In this document: piece after piece, positions 20,486-30,101 of the stretch
Layout of the letters: each line of letters opens with the position of its first letter
Position numbering within the stretch: the first letter of the stretch is position 1
Assembly (NCBI GenBank): GCA_965223545.1
Contig: OZ245006.1
Location: forward strand, 1,504,001-1,568,000
DNA length: 64,000 bases
Direction: 5' to 3'
From: Planctomycetota bacterium
GTDB taxonomy: Bacteria; Planctomycetota; UBA1135; UBA2386
Notes under the pieces: model-generated
Database searches by the model: none
What the model was told of the DNA's origin: nothing
Seen by the model: the letters and a program-made list of their open reading frames with translations, nothing else
Program-made: the position numbers and the translations under genes

Positions 20486-23206
20486 ATGAGCGGAGAGAAG
20501 CAGAACAGCGCTCTGGCGGTCCTCGTCGCAGTCGTGCTCGCGACCATCGCAGTCATCGTGTGGTGGAACTACCGCACCGGCGACGCCCCCTACAGCGCGG
20601 ACCCGGTCGAGGAATCGCACGCCGCGGAGCCCGTCACCATGAGCGAAGTGCCGGCGCCCGCGGAGCGCACGGTTTCTTCGGAGACGATCGCACTCGAGCG
20701 CGCTCAGGTCGACACGACCGCTGCCCCGGCCAGCGTTTCGCGAAAAGAGGCCGTGATGCGCGGCCGGGCCACCGATGAGCAAGGCAACCCACTCCGCGGC
20801 GTCGCCGTCAGGTTGCGCGGCTGGATCGCCAACCACGAGCGCATGGCGGCACACGAGCGCGACCACGGCGAGGTCGTCTGGCAGGACCCCGACAGCAGCA
20901 CCACGGGCGCCGACGGCCAGTTCGAAGTGCGGTTTCAACCGCCGCCGCCGTACCAGTTCGTCCTCGAGCTCGCGCTCGCCGGCCGGTCGCCGGTGAACGG
21001 TCGCTGGGGCGAGATCGCGCCGGGCACGATCAAGGAGTTCGGCGACGTCGTGTTGCCGAGGGGCGTGCCGGTATCGGGGCGCGTCGTCGACACCGACGGG
21101 GCCCCGCGCGCCGACGTGATGGTGCGCTTGGATCGCTACAACCGCGCCGACCGGCCGCGCGGCGAGCTCGCTCCCAGGGCACAAGCCAGCGCGCGCACGG
21201 CCGCCGACGGCACCTTCCGCATGCACCATCCACTCGCCGCCGCGACCTGGAACTTCACCCTCCGCGGCGCGCAGCTGGCGGAGCCACGGACGGAGGTGGT
21301 CGTCGCCGCGCCTCAACTCGACCTGCAGATCACCGTTCAGCAGGAGGCAGACGTCGTCGCGATCCGCGGCATGGTCGTCGACGAGAGCGGGGCACCGGTG
21401 CGCGGCGCCAGGGTCGACCCCGTCGGGCGGAGAGGCGGAGGTTGGATGACTTCCTCGAGCCGGGACGGCACCTTCGTACTGGAGAAGCGAGCCGCGGGCG
21501 ATCCCGAGGGATCATTCCGGCTGCAGGTCGAACACGATCGCTACGAGCACCTGACCACCGAGCAGGCCTACGAGTGGGGCGCCGACGACGTGCGCATCGT
21601 GCTGCGCGCTGGCTTGGACGTGGAGATTCACGTCACCCGCGCCAGCGACGGCACACCCGTCGAAGAGTACGGCGCTCGCCTGCTGCCGAGACCCGACACG
21701 ACCAATCGGCGATCGAGCTCCGACACGGCCATCCGCGGCGGCTGGCAGCACGACGACGGCCGTCTGGTCGTCGCCTCCATCCGGCGCGGCATACACTGGT
21801 TGTTCGTCGAGCCGCGAAGCGACAGCGGGCTTGGCGACGCCGGGCCCTTCGAGATCACGGTCAGCGACGGACCGCCACCGGTGGTCGCCGTGCAGCTGCC
21901 CCCGCGCGTCGAGCAGACCATCGCGGTGAAGCGGTCGGACGGGACCGCCGTCTCCGGCACCAGGATCGAGCTGGTGCAAGCCCTCGACGGGAGTGAGATC
22001 GGGCCCAGCGACCAGATCCGTGGGATCGACGATCTGATTTGGGGCGGCCGCAAGGGCCGGTTGGTCGATCAGGCGACGACCGACACCTCCGGCTCGTGCA
22101 GCGTCGCCGGTGCCGCAGAACGAACCTGTACCCTGCGCGCCTTCGGCGACGGGCACCCTCCCATCATCCGCTCCGGCGTGCTCCTCGGCGGCGATCCGAT
22201 CGAAATGATCGTGCCCACCGGGGCCACGCTGCGCGTGACGCTGCAGCCGCTCGAGCTGCTGGCGGACTTGCGCGAGCAAGCCGGGCTGCCGCGCACCGAA
22301 CCTCTCGAGGAAAGCGAGCAGGGCAGGCTGCCCGGTGTCGCGCTGTTGCGGACGGTCGGCGACCAACGCGAGCGGCACCCCCCGGGACCGGGCAACACCG
22401 CGATCGCGTTCGATGACCGCGGCGTCGCCGAGCTGCGCGGCGTTGCCGGCGGAACCTGGGACCTGCAGCTGGTCTCCTCGACGGGCTCCGGAGCACGGTC
22501 GTATAGCACCGGCGGCGAAACCGTGCGCACCGGCGTCGTGCTCGACGACGGCGAGCAGACGGACATCGCGCTCGACATGCGCGACGCCCGCCCCGGCCGG
22601 CTGCGCGCATCGATCACCTTGGATGGCAAGCCCTATCAGGGACACGTCGAGCTGACGACGGTCACCGACGTGCTGCGCAACGGGGTTCGCCAGCGCGACC
22701 ATCGCTACACGCAATCCGACGCGGAAGGCCGACTCGAGGTGTTGCTGAGGCCGGGCACGTGGCGCGCGGGAGCGTGGCTGTCCCTCGGTTCGCACGGCGT
22801 GCGCGTGGACGCGGAATCGGTCGTGCACGTCGCCGCTGCGCAGGTCGCCGAAGCGCGGTTCGACGCACGCACCGGTCGCGCCGCGGTGCGGTTGCTGCGA
22901 CCGGACGGCGCCCCCGCCGCCGGGGTGCGAGTGGCCTTGCGACGCGACGGCGAGCCACTTCCGGCAGGTGGCCCGGCGACGGATGCCGAAGGCCGCACCA
23001 CGATCGTCGCCACGCCGGGCCCCGCGGTCCCTGCGGTCTTGATCCGCAGCCTGCGAGATGCGGAGGCAAGGCGGGCATACATCGAGCAGCACAGCAACGA
23101 TCCGGCGGCCATCGACCGGATGACGATCCAGCTGCCACCCATCGGCCTGACCGAGGGCGAGCCGGAGGAGGTCGAGATCCAGCTGCCCGCCGATTGGGAC
23201 CGGTAG
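20486..23206 (+). CDS. Membrane-anchored protein with carboxypeptidase-regulatory-like beta-sandwich repeats
   Basis: N-terminal TM segment; repeats GRATDEQGNPLRGVAV, GRVVDTDGAPRADVMV, GMVVDESGAPVRGARV; TACAAT 6 nt before ATG. Confidence 0.8.
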   Translation: MSGEKQNSALAVLVAVVLATIAVIVWWNYRTGDAPYSADPVEESHAAEPVTMSEVPAPAERTVSSETIALERAQVDTTAAPASVSRKEAVMRGRATDEQGNPLRGVAVRLRGWIANHERMAAHERDHGEVVWQDPDSSTTGADGQFEVRFQPPPPYQFVLELALAGRSPVNGRWGEIAPGTIKEFGDVVLPRGVPVSGRVVDTDGAPRADVMVRLDRYNRADRPRGELAPRAQASARTAADGTFRMHHPLAAATWNFTLRGAQLAEPRTEVVVAAPQLDLQITVQQEADVVAIRGMVVDESGAPVRGARVDPVGRRGGGWMTSSSRDGTFVLEKRAAGDPEGSFRLQVEHDRYEHLTTEQAYEWGADDVRIVLRAGLDVEIHVTRASDGTPVEEYGARLLPRPDTTNRRSSSDTAIRGGWQHDDGRLVVASIRRGIHWLFVEPRSDSGLGDAGPFEITVSDGPPPVVAVQLPPRVEQTIAVKRSDGTAVSGTRIELVQALDGSEIGPSDQIRGIDDLIWGGRKGRLVDQATTDTSGSCSVAGAAERTCTLRAFGDGHPPIIRSGVLLGGDPIEMIVPTGATLRVTLQPLELLADLREQAGLPRTEPLEESEQGRLPGVALLRTVGDQRERHPPGPGNTAIAFDDRGVAELRGVAGGTWDLQLVSSTGSGARSYSTGGETVRTGVVLDDGEQTDIALDMRDARPGRLRASITLDGKPYQGHVELTTVTDVLRNGVRQRDHRYTQSDAEGRLEVLLRPGTWRAGAWLSLGSHGVRVDAESVVHVAAAQVAEARFDARTGRAAVRLLRPDGAPAAGVRVALRRDGEPLPAGGPATDAEGRTTIVATPGPAVPAVLIRSLRDAEARRAYIEQHSNDPAAIDRMTIQLPPIGLTEGEPEEVEIQLPADWDR

Positions 23207-23207
23207 T

Positions 23208-23230
23208 CGCGCCCCGCAGCACGGGGCGCG
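23208..23230. terminator. GC-rich hairpin between convergent genes
   Basis: CGCGCCCCG-CAGCA-CGGGGCGCG just after the stop at 23206. Confidence 0.5.
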
Positions 23231-23272
23231 CAGGCACTGCGCACGGCCTCTGCGCGCAGCCGGACCGAACGC

Positions 23273-24433
23273 TCAGCCGCCGCGCTTGGTCGGCTTCAAC
23301 TCACGGGCGGGCTCGGCCGCCTCCTCGTCCTCCGCCGCCGGCGGGTCGTAGTCCGCCTCGAACAGCTTCTCGCTGCCGGCGCGATTGACCCGCACGACGA
23401 CCCGATCCTTCGCCGCCCGCAGCGCGCGGCCGACGTCCTCGGCCGAGCCGATCGCGGCGCCGTCGACGTCGAGCACCACGTCGCCGACGGCGACGCCGAG
23501 GCGCGCCGCCAGCGAGCCCTCGACGACCTCGCGCACGGCCAGTCCATGGCCCTCGTCCAAGCCGAGGAAACCGCGCAGCTGATCGCCGACCGGCTCGACG
23601 ACGACGCCGAGCACGGGGCCGCGCGGCGCGGGCGCCGGCGCCATCGGACCAGGGGCGTTCTCGAGCCAGCCGCGCAAGTCGCGCTGCGGGCCACCGAACA
23701 GCCGCTGGAACGGCCCACCGCCGCTCTCCGTCCACAGCCGGATGCCGTTGCCATCCCCGAGGTACCGCTCGGCGATCTCGGGATACTGCTCGCGGAACGA
23801 GTCCAGGTCCGGCGCCTCGTAGGTCTTGGTGTCCTGCTCGCCGTTCTCGTCGGTCTCCTGCACGTCGATGCGCACGCCATCGGGACCGATGCGGATCTGC
23901 GATCCCTGCGCCTGCCCCTGGAAACCCAACCCCTGGCCCTGCTGCAGCTGGTCCATCTGCCGCCGCAGGTCGTTGAAGAAGTCGTCTTGGAAGAAGCCGC
24001 GGCGCGGCACGTCGATCTGGAAGTCGCGCTCGAGCCGCTCGAACAGCGAGTCGAACACGTCGTCCAACCGATCGGCCCGGCGCTGCAGCTCGGGAGCTCC
24101 GCGCGCATCGCGATCACTCGGCGTCAGTTGGCCGCCCTCTGGGGCGTCGAGCTGCCGCAGCAGACGGCCCGCCCGCCAGCGCACCTCGGCGTCCTCGTGC
24201 TCCTCACTGGCCTCTTGCAGAGCCTCGCGCACGGCGTCGCCGCGGCGGGTCAGCTCGCGCTGCGCTGCCTGGCGCTCGAGGAACGACGCCGCGCCGAGAT
24301 CGCGCAGCAGGTCCGGCACGGCGCGCTCGGCCAACGCCGAGGGGGCCTCGGCCTGGGGCGGCTGCTCCTGGGCAAAGACCGGCAACGCCAGCGCCGCCGG
24401 GAGCATCAACGTCAACGGGATGATCCGGATCAT
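23273..24433 (-). CDS. Secreted protein with N-terminal HEAT-like repeat and C-terminal PDZ domain
   Basis: GGAG RBS; signal peptide; HEDAEVRWRA; PVLGVVV...VVEGSLAARLGVAVGDVVLDVDG (PDZ); no protease triad motif seen. Confidence 0.78.
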   Translation of the reverse strand: MIRIIPLTLMLPAALALPVFAQEQPPQAEAPSALAERAVPDLLRDLGAASFLERQAAQRELTRRGDAVREALQEASEEHEDAEVRWRAGRLLRQLDAPEGGQLTPSDRDARGAPELQRRADRLDDVFDSLFERLERDFQIDVPRRGFFQDDFFNDLRRQMDQLQQGQGLGFQGQAQGSQIRIGPDGVRIDVQETDENGEQDTKTYEAPDLDSFREQYPEIAERYLGDGNGIRLWTESGGGPFQRLFGGPQRDLRGWLENAPGPMAPAPAPRGPVLGVVVEPVGDQLRGFLGLDEGHGLAVREVVEGSLAARLGVAVGDVVLDVDGAAIGSAEDVGRALRAAKDRVVVRVNRAGSEKLFEADYDPPAAEDEEAAEPARELKPTKRGG

Positions 24434-24581
24434 CGGTCTTCTCCATCGGTTCGAGAGAACGTGCATTCGTCGGTTGGCGGCGGGTACCCGGGGAACGGGT
24501 CGACCGGCCGAGGTCCTACACCGGGTCGGACCCAAGCCGACCGACGAACGAGCCCCGGCGAAGACTTCCGAATCGTTCGAC

Positions 24582-25196
24582 TCAACGCGCGCCGGAGACC
24601 GGCTCCGCCGCGGACTGCTCTTCCGTCGCCGGCAGCAGCGGCGGTCCATCGTCCGCCTCGAACCAGACCAGGGCCTGCTGCTGAGCCATCAGCCCCTGGT
24701 ACGCCACCGGCTGCAGCTCCCCGTGCCCAGAGCCGGCGGTGCGCGGCCAGACCGTCGGCGCCGGCAGACCCGCGCTGTGCATCAGCGGCGAACGGTCCGC
24801 GGGCGGGCGGCCGAGCAGCAGACCGGCCCCGACGACGAGCACCGCCGCGGCCACCACTCCCAGCCGGCGTCCCCAGCGGCGGCGACCGGTCGGGGCCAAC
24901 GGACGCTCGGCCGGCATCGCCGCCGTCGCCCGCCGCACCTCCCGCCGGATGTCGGCGAAGAACTCCTCGCCGACCGACGGCGCCAGCGCGCGCTGCGCCA
25001 GCGGTTGCGCGAGGCCGGCCAGGGCTTGCCGCTGCCGCCGCCAGCTGCCGAACTCACGCCGGCACTGCATGCAGCGCGCCAGATGCGCGAACACTTGCTG
25101 ACGCTGCTCGCGCGGCAACTCACCCGCCGCGGCAGCAGCCAGAATCGGCCGCGCGGCCCGACAAGCCAGTGCCCGCCCCTGCAATGCGTCCCTCAT
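24582..25196 (-). CDS. Zinc-binding (ZAS) transmembrane anti-sigma factor
   Basis: HLARCMQC (HxxxCxxC), single TM segment, ATGA overlap with the sigma gene. Confidence 0.85.
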   Translation of the reverse strand: MRDALQGRALACRAARPILAAAAAGELPREQRQQVFAHLARCMQCRREFGSWRRQRQALAGLAQPLAQRALAPSVGEEFFADIRREVRRATAAMPAERPLAPTGRRRWGRRLGVVAAAVLVVGAGLLLGRPPADRSPLMHSAGLPAPTVWPRTAGSGHGELQPVAYQGLMAQQQALVWFEADDGPPLLPATEEQSAAEPVSGAR

Positions 25197-25777
25197 GGCA
25201 GCTCCCGGTCGGGGCTCATGCGCTCCCAGCACTGCCGGAACATCTGCCGCCCGCGGTGCAGGCGCCAGCGGACGGTGGCGTGCGTGACGCCGAGGATCGG
25301 CGCGATCTCGCGGCAGCTGAGGCCGTGGATGTCGCGCAGGACCAACACGGACTTGAACTTGGCATCCAGCCGGTCGAGGGCAGCCCAGACCACCGCGCGC
25401 AGCTCGCCGCGCTCGGCGATCTCGCTGGCGCCCTCGTGCGGCGTCGGCAGCCGATCGACGTAGTCGTCGATCCCCCCCGACGGATAGCCGCGTCGCTTGC
25501 GCAGCGCGTCGATCGCCAGGTTCATCACGATGCGGTAGAACCAGGTGTAGAAGCTGCGACCGAAGTCGTAGCGGTGCAGCGAGCGGTGCAGGCGGACGAA
25601 CGCGTCCTGCACGACGTCGCGGGCATCCTCCACCCGGCCCACCACGTGGTACGCCACCCAGAACGCGCGCCGGTGGTAGCGGCCGACCAGACCGTCGAAG
25701 GCGTCGCCGTCGCCATCCAAGGCGGCGCGGACGAGCTCGGCGTCGGTGGTCTCGGCCGGCGGTGCCGCCGGCATCAT
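25193..25777 (-). CDS. ECF RNA polymerase sigma factor
   Basis: DAELVRAALDGD..AF, DARDVVQDAF, SFYTWFYRIVMNLAID, GLSCREIA, TVRWRLHRGR; alternative start 25837. Confidence 0.92.
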   Translation of the reverse strand: MMPAAPPAETTDAELVRAALDGDGDAFDGLVGRYHRRAFWVAYHVVGRVEDARDVVQDAFVRLHRSLHRYDFGRSFYTWFYRIVMNLAIDALRKRRGYPSGGIDDYVDRLPTPHEGASEIAERGELRAVVWAALDRLDAKFKSVLVLRDIHGLSCREIAPILGVTHATVRWRLHRGRQMFRQCWERMSPDRELP

Positions 25778-25958
25778 CTCGACGTCGGGAACCGGCTGTC
25801 GCTGCGCGGCGGCGAATTGTCGAGGCAGGGGACGCATGTCGGCAAAGCGGGTGGAAAGCCACCCGCAGTCGAGGTTACCGCCGTTCTACGGACCCCGAAA
25901 GCCGCCGGTGAGGCCGGTCTGCGGATCTTTGCCAGGCGCGCGGCCCAGCCCCGCTGCC

Positions 25959-26948
25959 TCAGCCCTCCGGCAGGCCCATGCGGCGGAACTTCTCGAACCG
26001 CTGCTCGAGCAGGGTCTCGACCGGCAGGGCGGACAGCTCGCCGATCCACGCCAGGATCTGGGCGCGCACGCGCTCGATGGTCCCCGGCACGTCCCGGTGC
26101 GCCCCTCCCAGGGGCTCTTCGATCACCGCGTCCACCAGGCCGAGCCGCCGCAGGTCGTCGCCGGTCAGCTTGAGCGCCTCGGCCGCCTCCGGCGTCTTCT
26201 CGCCGCTCTTCCACAGGATCGCGGCACAGCCCTCGGGGGAGATCACCGAGTAGTAGGCGTGCTCGAGCACGCCGACGCGATCGCCGACCCCGATGCCGAG
26301 CGCGCCGCCGGAGCCGCCCTCGCCGATCACGATCGCCATGATCGGCACCTTGAGGCCGAACATGTCTAGGATGTTGCGCGCGATCGCCGACGCCTGGCCG
26401 CGCTCTTCGGCGCCGATGCCGGGATACGCGCCGGGCGTGTTGATGAACGTCACGATCGGCAGGCGCAGCTTCTCGGCCAACCGCATCTTGGCCATGGCCT
26501 TGCGGTAGCCCTCGGGGTGGGCGCAGCCGAAGTTGCAGGCGAGCCGGTCCTTGACCGTCTTGCCCTTGCGGTGGCCGACCAACATGAACCGCTGGCCCTG
26601 CATCGTCGCCAGGCCGGTCACGATCGCGCGGTCGTCGCCGTAGACCCGGTCGCCGTGCAGCTCGACGAAGTCGTCCAGCATCAGCTGGATGTAGTCCGAC
26701 GTCAGCGGCCGCTCGGCGTGGCGCGCGACGTTGACCCGCTCCCATGCGGTCAGCCCGCTGTACACCTCGGTCGTCTTGCGCTCGAGCTTGCGCTCGAGGT
26801 TGACCAGCTCGCCGTTGAGGTCGAGGTGCGTGTTGAGCGCCAGCCCCTTGATCTCTTGGATCTTCGCCTCCAGCTCCAGCAGGGGGCGCTCGAAAGCGAG
26901 CCCGTCGCTGAGACGGTCGTTGGGTCTGCTAGGGGTCGTTTGCGACAA
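25959..26948 (-). CDS. accA: Acetyl-CoA carboxylase carboxyltransferase subunit alpha
   Basis: TTG start with GGAGG RBS; FERPLLEL, ARHAERP, ELHGDR, TPGAYPGIGAEERGQ, GEGGSGGALG. Confidence 0.96.
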   Translation of the reverse strand: MSQTTPSRPNDRLSDGLAFERPLLELEAKIQEIKGLALNTHLDLNGELVNLERKLERKTTEVYSGLTAWERVNVARHAERPLTSDYIQLMLDDFVELHGDRVYGDDRAIVTGLATMQGQRFMLVGHRKGKTVKDRLACNFGCAHPEGYRKAMAKMRLAEKLRLPIVTFINTPGAYPGIGAEERGQASAIARNILDMFGLKVPIMAIVIGEGGSGGALGIGVGDRVGVLEHAYYSVISPEGCAAILWKSGEKTPEAAEALKLTGDDLRRLGLVDAVIEEPLGGAHRDVPGTIERVRAQILAWIGELSALPVETLLEQRFEKFRRMGLPEG

Positions 26949-27191
26949 GAGGGCCTCCCGGGTCCGACTGAAACGGCGGAGAATTCTAGCAGCCCGCCAC
27001 CGAAAAGCTGCGCCCGCCCGCCCCCTCCGTCGGGCTCCCCCGGTCGAGGCCGGCCGTGGCGGCCCAATCGGCCGCCGCAACGGCCCTTGGGGCTCCGGCA
27101 AACCGCGGCCCGACCCACCCGCGTTGCGCAGCACGGGGATTGCCCGCAAGCCGGCCTTGTGTCGCGGTCGGCGGTCAGGCATCGTTCCGCC

Positions 27192-30101
27192 ATGGATGCG
27201 TGGCGTGCCGAAATCCGCGCGGCAGAGGGTCAGCCAGACCCGGCGGGCCGCGCCGCCGCGGCGGCTCTGGCGGAGGCGGGGCTCGAGCTGCGCAGGCCGG
27301 TGCGCTCGGTGCGCGGCTTCCTGCTGGACGCCGCCCTGACCCGCGGGCAGGTCGAAGAGCTGGTGCGCGAGGTGCTGCAAGACCCCGTCACCGAGGTCGC
27401 CACTCTGCACCCCCCCGCGGCCGACTCGACGGTCGCGCGGCGCATCAGCGTGGTGCCCCGCCCGGGCGTGACCGATCCGGTCGCCGGCTCGGTGGCGCGC
27501 GCGCTGCAGACCCAGGGACTGCCGCTCGGCCCGACCGGCACCTACCGCGGCTACGAGCTCGGCGAAGACATCGACGAGGACGCCCTGCGGCGGGCCGCGG
27601 GAGCCAGCCTGGCCAATGACGTCGTGCAAGAGGTCTTGATCGACGCCATGCCGGCCGGCCTGCCGGGCCCCGGCGCCGACCCCGACACCGCCGTGCACAC
27701 CGTCACTCTCGAAGGCCTCGACGACGGCGCCCTCGCCGCGCTGAGCGCAGAGGCCGGCCTGGCGCTGACCGGCATCGAGATGCGCACCATCGCCGAGCAC
27801 TTCGCGCAAGCCGGCCGCGCCCCCACCCAGCTCGAGCTCGAGACCTTGGCGCAGACCTGGTCGGAGCACTGCAAGCACAAGACGCTGACCGGCGTCATCC
27901 GCTACACCGACGCCAACGGTGAGGAGCGGGAGATCGACAACCTGCTGCGGCAGACGATCGCCCGCGTGACGCGCGAGCTCGACCGGCCGTTCTGCGTCAG
28001 CGTGTTCGTCGACAACGCGGGCATCATCACCTTCGACGACGACACCTGCGTCTGCATCAAGGTCGAGACCCACAACCACCCCTCGGCGATCGAGCCGTTC
28101 GGCGGCGCCGGCACCGGCGTCGGCGGCGTCATCCGCGACGTGCTCGGCACCGGCCTCGGCGCCCGGCCGATCGCCAGCACGGACGTGTTCTGCCTCGCAC
28201 CGCTCGACACTCCGTCGGAGGCGGTGCCTGCCGGTTGCCTGCACCCGCGGCGCGTGCTGCGCGGCCTGGTGGCAGGGGTGCGCGACTACGGCAACCCGAT
28301 GGGGATTCCGACGGTCAACGGCGCGATCCACTTCGATCCGGACTTCGTCGGCAACCCCCTGGTCTACGTCGGCAACGTCGGCATCCTGCCGCGCAGCGCC
28401 GCCTTCAAGCAGCCGCACGCCGGCGACGTGATCCTCGCCATCGGCGGCCGCACCGGCCGGGACGGCATCCACGGTGCCACTTTCAGCTCACTCGAGCTGC
28501 ACACCGAGTCGGAGACGGTGAGCAGCGGCGCGGTGCAGATCGGCGATCCGATCACCGAACGCAAGGTCATGGACGCGGTGCTCGCGCTGCGCGACCGCGG
28601 CCTGTTCTCGGCGATCACCGACTGTGGCGCCGGCGGCTTCTCGTCGGCGGTCGGCGAGATGGCGGAGGGGCTGGGCGCCGACGTCGAGCTGCGCCACGTG
28701 CCGCTGAAGTACCGCGGGCTGGCACCGTGGGAGATCTGGATCAGCGAGGCACAGGAGCGCATGGTGCTCGCGGTGCCGCCGGAGCACCTCGACGAGGCCA
28801 TCGCGGTGTGTGCCGCCGAGGAGGTCGAGGCCACGCCGATCGGCACGTTCAACGACAGCGGCCGATTGGTGGTGCGCTACGACGGCGCGCAGCACGCGGA
28901 CCTCGATCTACAGTTCTTGCACGGCGGTGTGCCGCGCACCGTCCGCGTGGCGCGCTACGAGCCGTCGGCGGTTGCCGATCCCGAGCTCGACCCCGAGCAA
29001 GACCTCGGCGCGACGCTGTTGGCAGTGCTGGCCGACCCCAACGTCGCCAGCAAGGAGTGGGTGATCCGGCAGTACGACCACGAGGTCCAAGCCCAAACCG
29101 CGGGCAAGCCGCTGGTCGGCGTCCGCGAGGACGGGCCCGCCGATGCCGCCGTGCTCGCACCGGTGCTGGGTTCGCACCGCGGCGTGGTGCTCGGCTGCGG
29201 CCTCAACCCGCGCTACAGCCGCATCGACCCCGCGGCGATGGCGGAGTGCGCGCTCGACGAGGCGATGCGCAACGTGGTCGCCGCCGGCGGCGACCCCGAA
29301 CACACCGCGGTGCTCGACAACTACTGCTGGGGCAACACCGAGCTGCCCGACCGTCTCGGCGGTCTGGTGCGCGCCTCGCTGGCGCTCTGCGATCTGGCCC
29401 TCGCCTACCGCACGCCGTTCGTCTCCGGCAAGGACTCGCTCAACAACGAGTTCCGCGATGGCGAGCGCAGCATCGCGATCCCCGGCTGCATCCTGGTGAC
29501 CGCGCTGTCGGTGGTGCCCGACGTCCGCCGCACGGTGAGCTCCGACCTCAAGCGCGCCGGCAACAACCTGTGGCTGGTCGGCGTCACGCGGCGCGAGCTG
29601 GGCGGCTCCGTGCTGTGGAAGCTGCGCGGCGCGCTCGGCGCCAGCGTGCCCCGGGTCGACGCAGCCCTGGGCAAGGCGGTGCTGGACGGGGTCTACCGCG
29701 CGATCCAAGCCCGCGCTGTGGTCAGCGCGCACGACTGCAGCGAGGGCGGCCTCGGCGCCGCCCTGGCCGAGATGTCCATCGGCGGCCGGCTCGGCCTCGA
29801 CGTCGAGCTCGACGCCGTGCCGGTCGACGCCTCCCTCGGACAGCGGCGGCGGGCGGACGAGATCCTGTTCAGCGAGAGCCAGAGCAGGCTGCTGCTGGAG
29901 GTGCCGCCCGAGCGCACCGCGGATCTGATCGCCAACCTCGACGAGGCACCGCACGCGCTGATCGGCCGCGTCGTGACCCAGCCGCGGCTGCGGGTCAGCC
30001 ACGCCGAGCAGCCGGTCTTGGAGTGCGGCATCGACGCTCTCGCCGACGCCTTCCGCCGGCCGCTGGCGCTGGATGGACTGCCCGAGGAGACCCAGCCATG
30101 A
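27192..30101 (+). CDS. purL: Phosphoribosylformylglycinamidine synthase subunit PurL with N-terminal PurS-like extension
   Basis: TWSEHCKH, KVETHNHPS, DCGAGG, SEAQERM, GKDSLNN. Confidence 0.95.
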   Translation: MDAWRAEIRAAEGQPDPAGRAAAAALAEAGLELRRPVRSVRGFLLDAALTRGQVEELVREVLQDPVTEVATLHPPAADSTVARRISVVPRPGVTDPVAGSVARALQTQGLPLGPTGTYRGYELGEDIDEDALRRAAGASLANDVVQEVLIDAMPAGLPGPGADPDTAVHTVTLEGLDDGALAALSAEAGLALTGIEMRTIAEHFAQAGRAPTQLELETLAQTWSEHCKHKTLTGVIRYTDANGEEREIDNLLRQTIARVTRELDRPFCVSVFVDNAGIITFDDDTCVCIKVETHNHPSAIEPFGGAGTGVGGVIRDVLGTGLGARPIASTDVFCLAPLDTPSEAVPAGCLHPRRVLRGLVAGVRDYGNPMGIPTVNGAIHFDPDFVGNPLVYVGNVGILPRSAAFKQPHAGDVILAIGGRTGRDGIHGATFSSLELHTESETVSSGAVQIGDPITERKVMDAVLALRDRGLFSAITDCGAGGFSSAVGEMAEGLGADVELRHVPLKYRGLAPWEIWISEAQERMVLAVPPEHLDEAIAVCAAEEVEATPIGTFNDSGRLVVRYDGAQHADLDLQFLHGGVPRTVRVARYEPSAVADPELDPEQDLGATLLAVLADPNVASKEWVIRQYDHEVQAQTAGKPLVGVREDGPADAAVLAPVLGSHRGVVLGCGLNPRYSRIDPAAMAECALDEAMRNVVAAGGDPEHTAVLDNYCWGNTELPDRLGGLVRASLALCDLALAYRTPFVSGKDSLNNEFRDGERSIAIPGCILVTALSVVPDVRRTVSSDLKRAGNNLWLVGVTRRELGGSVLWKLRGALGASVPRVDAALGKAVLDGVYRAIQARAVVSAHDCSEGGLGAALAEMSIGGRLGLDVELDAVPVDASLGQRRRADEILFSESQSRLLLEVPPERTADLIANLDEAPHALIGRVVTQPRLRVSHAEQPVLECGIDALADAFRRPLALDGLPEETQP

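Noticed and set aside
19857..23206. Paralogous repeat pair as a diversity-generating retroelement TR/VR
   Set aside because: Differences are not adenine-specific, include an indel, and no reverse transcriptase is present in the window
24500..24575. Possible ECF promoter (GGAAG...CGTC) upstream of the PDZ gene
   Set aside because: Spacing and match are too weak to support
26517..27191. ORF-track N-terminal extensions of purL, accA, tig, the DPP IV and 20063..23206
   Set aside because: The extensions overlap other genes and lack family features; downstream starts have an RBS or -10 support
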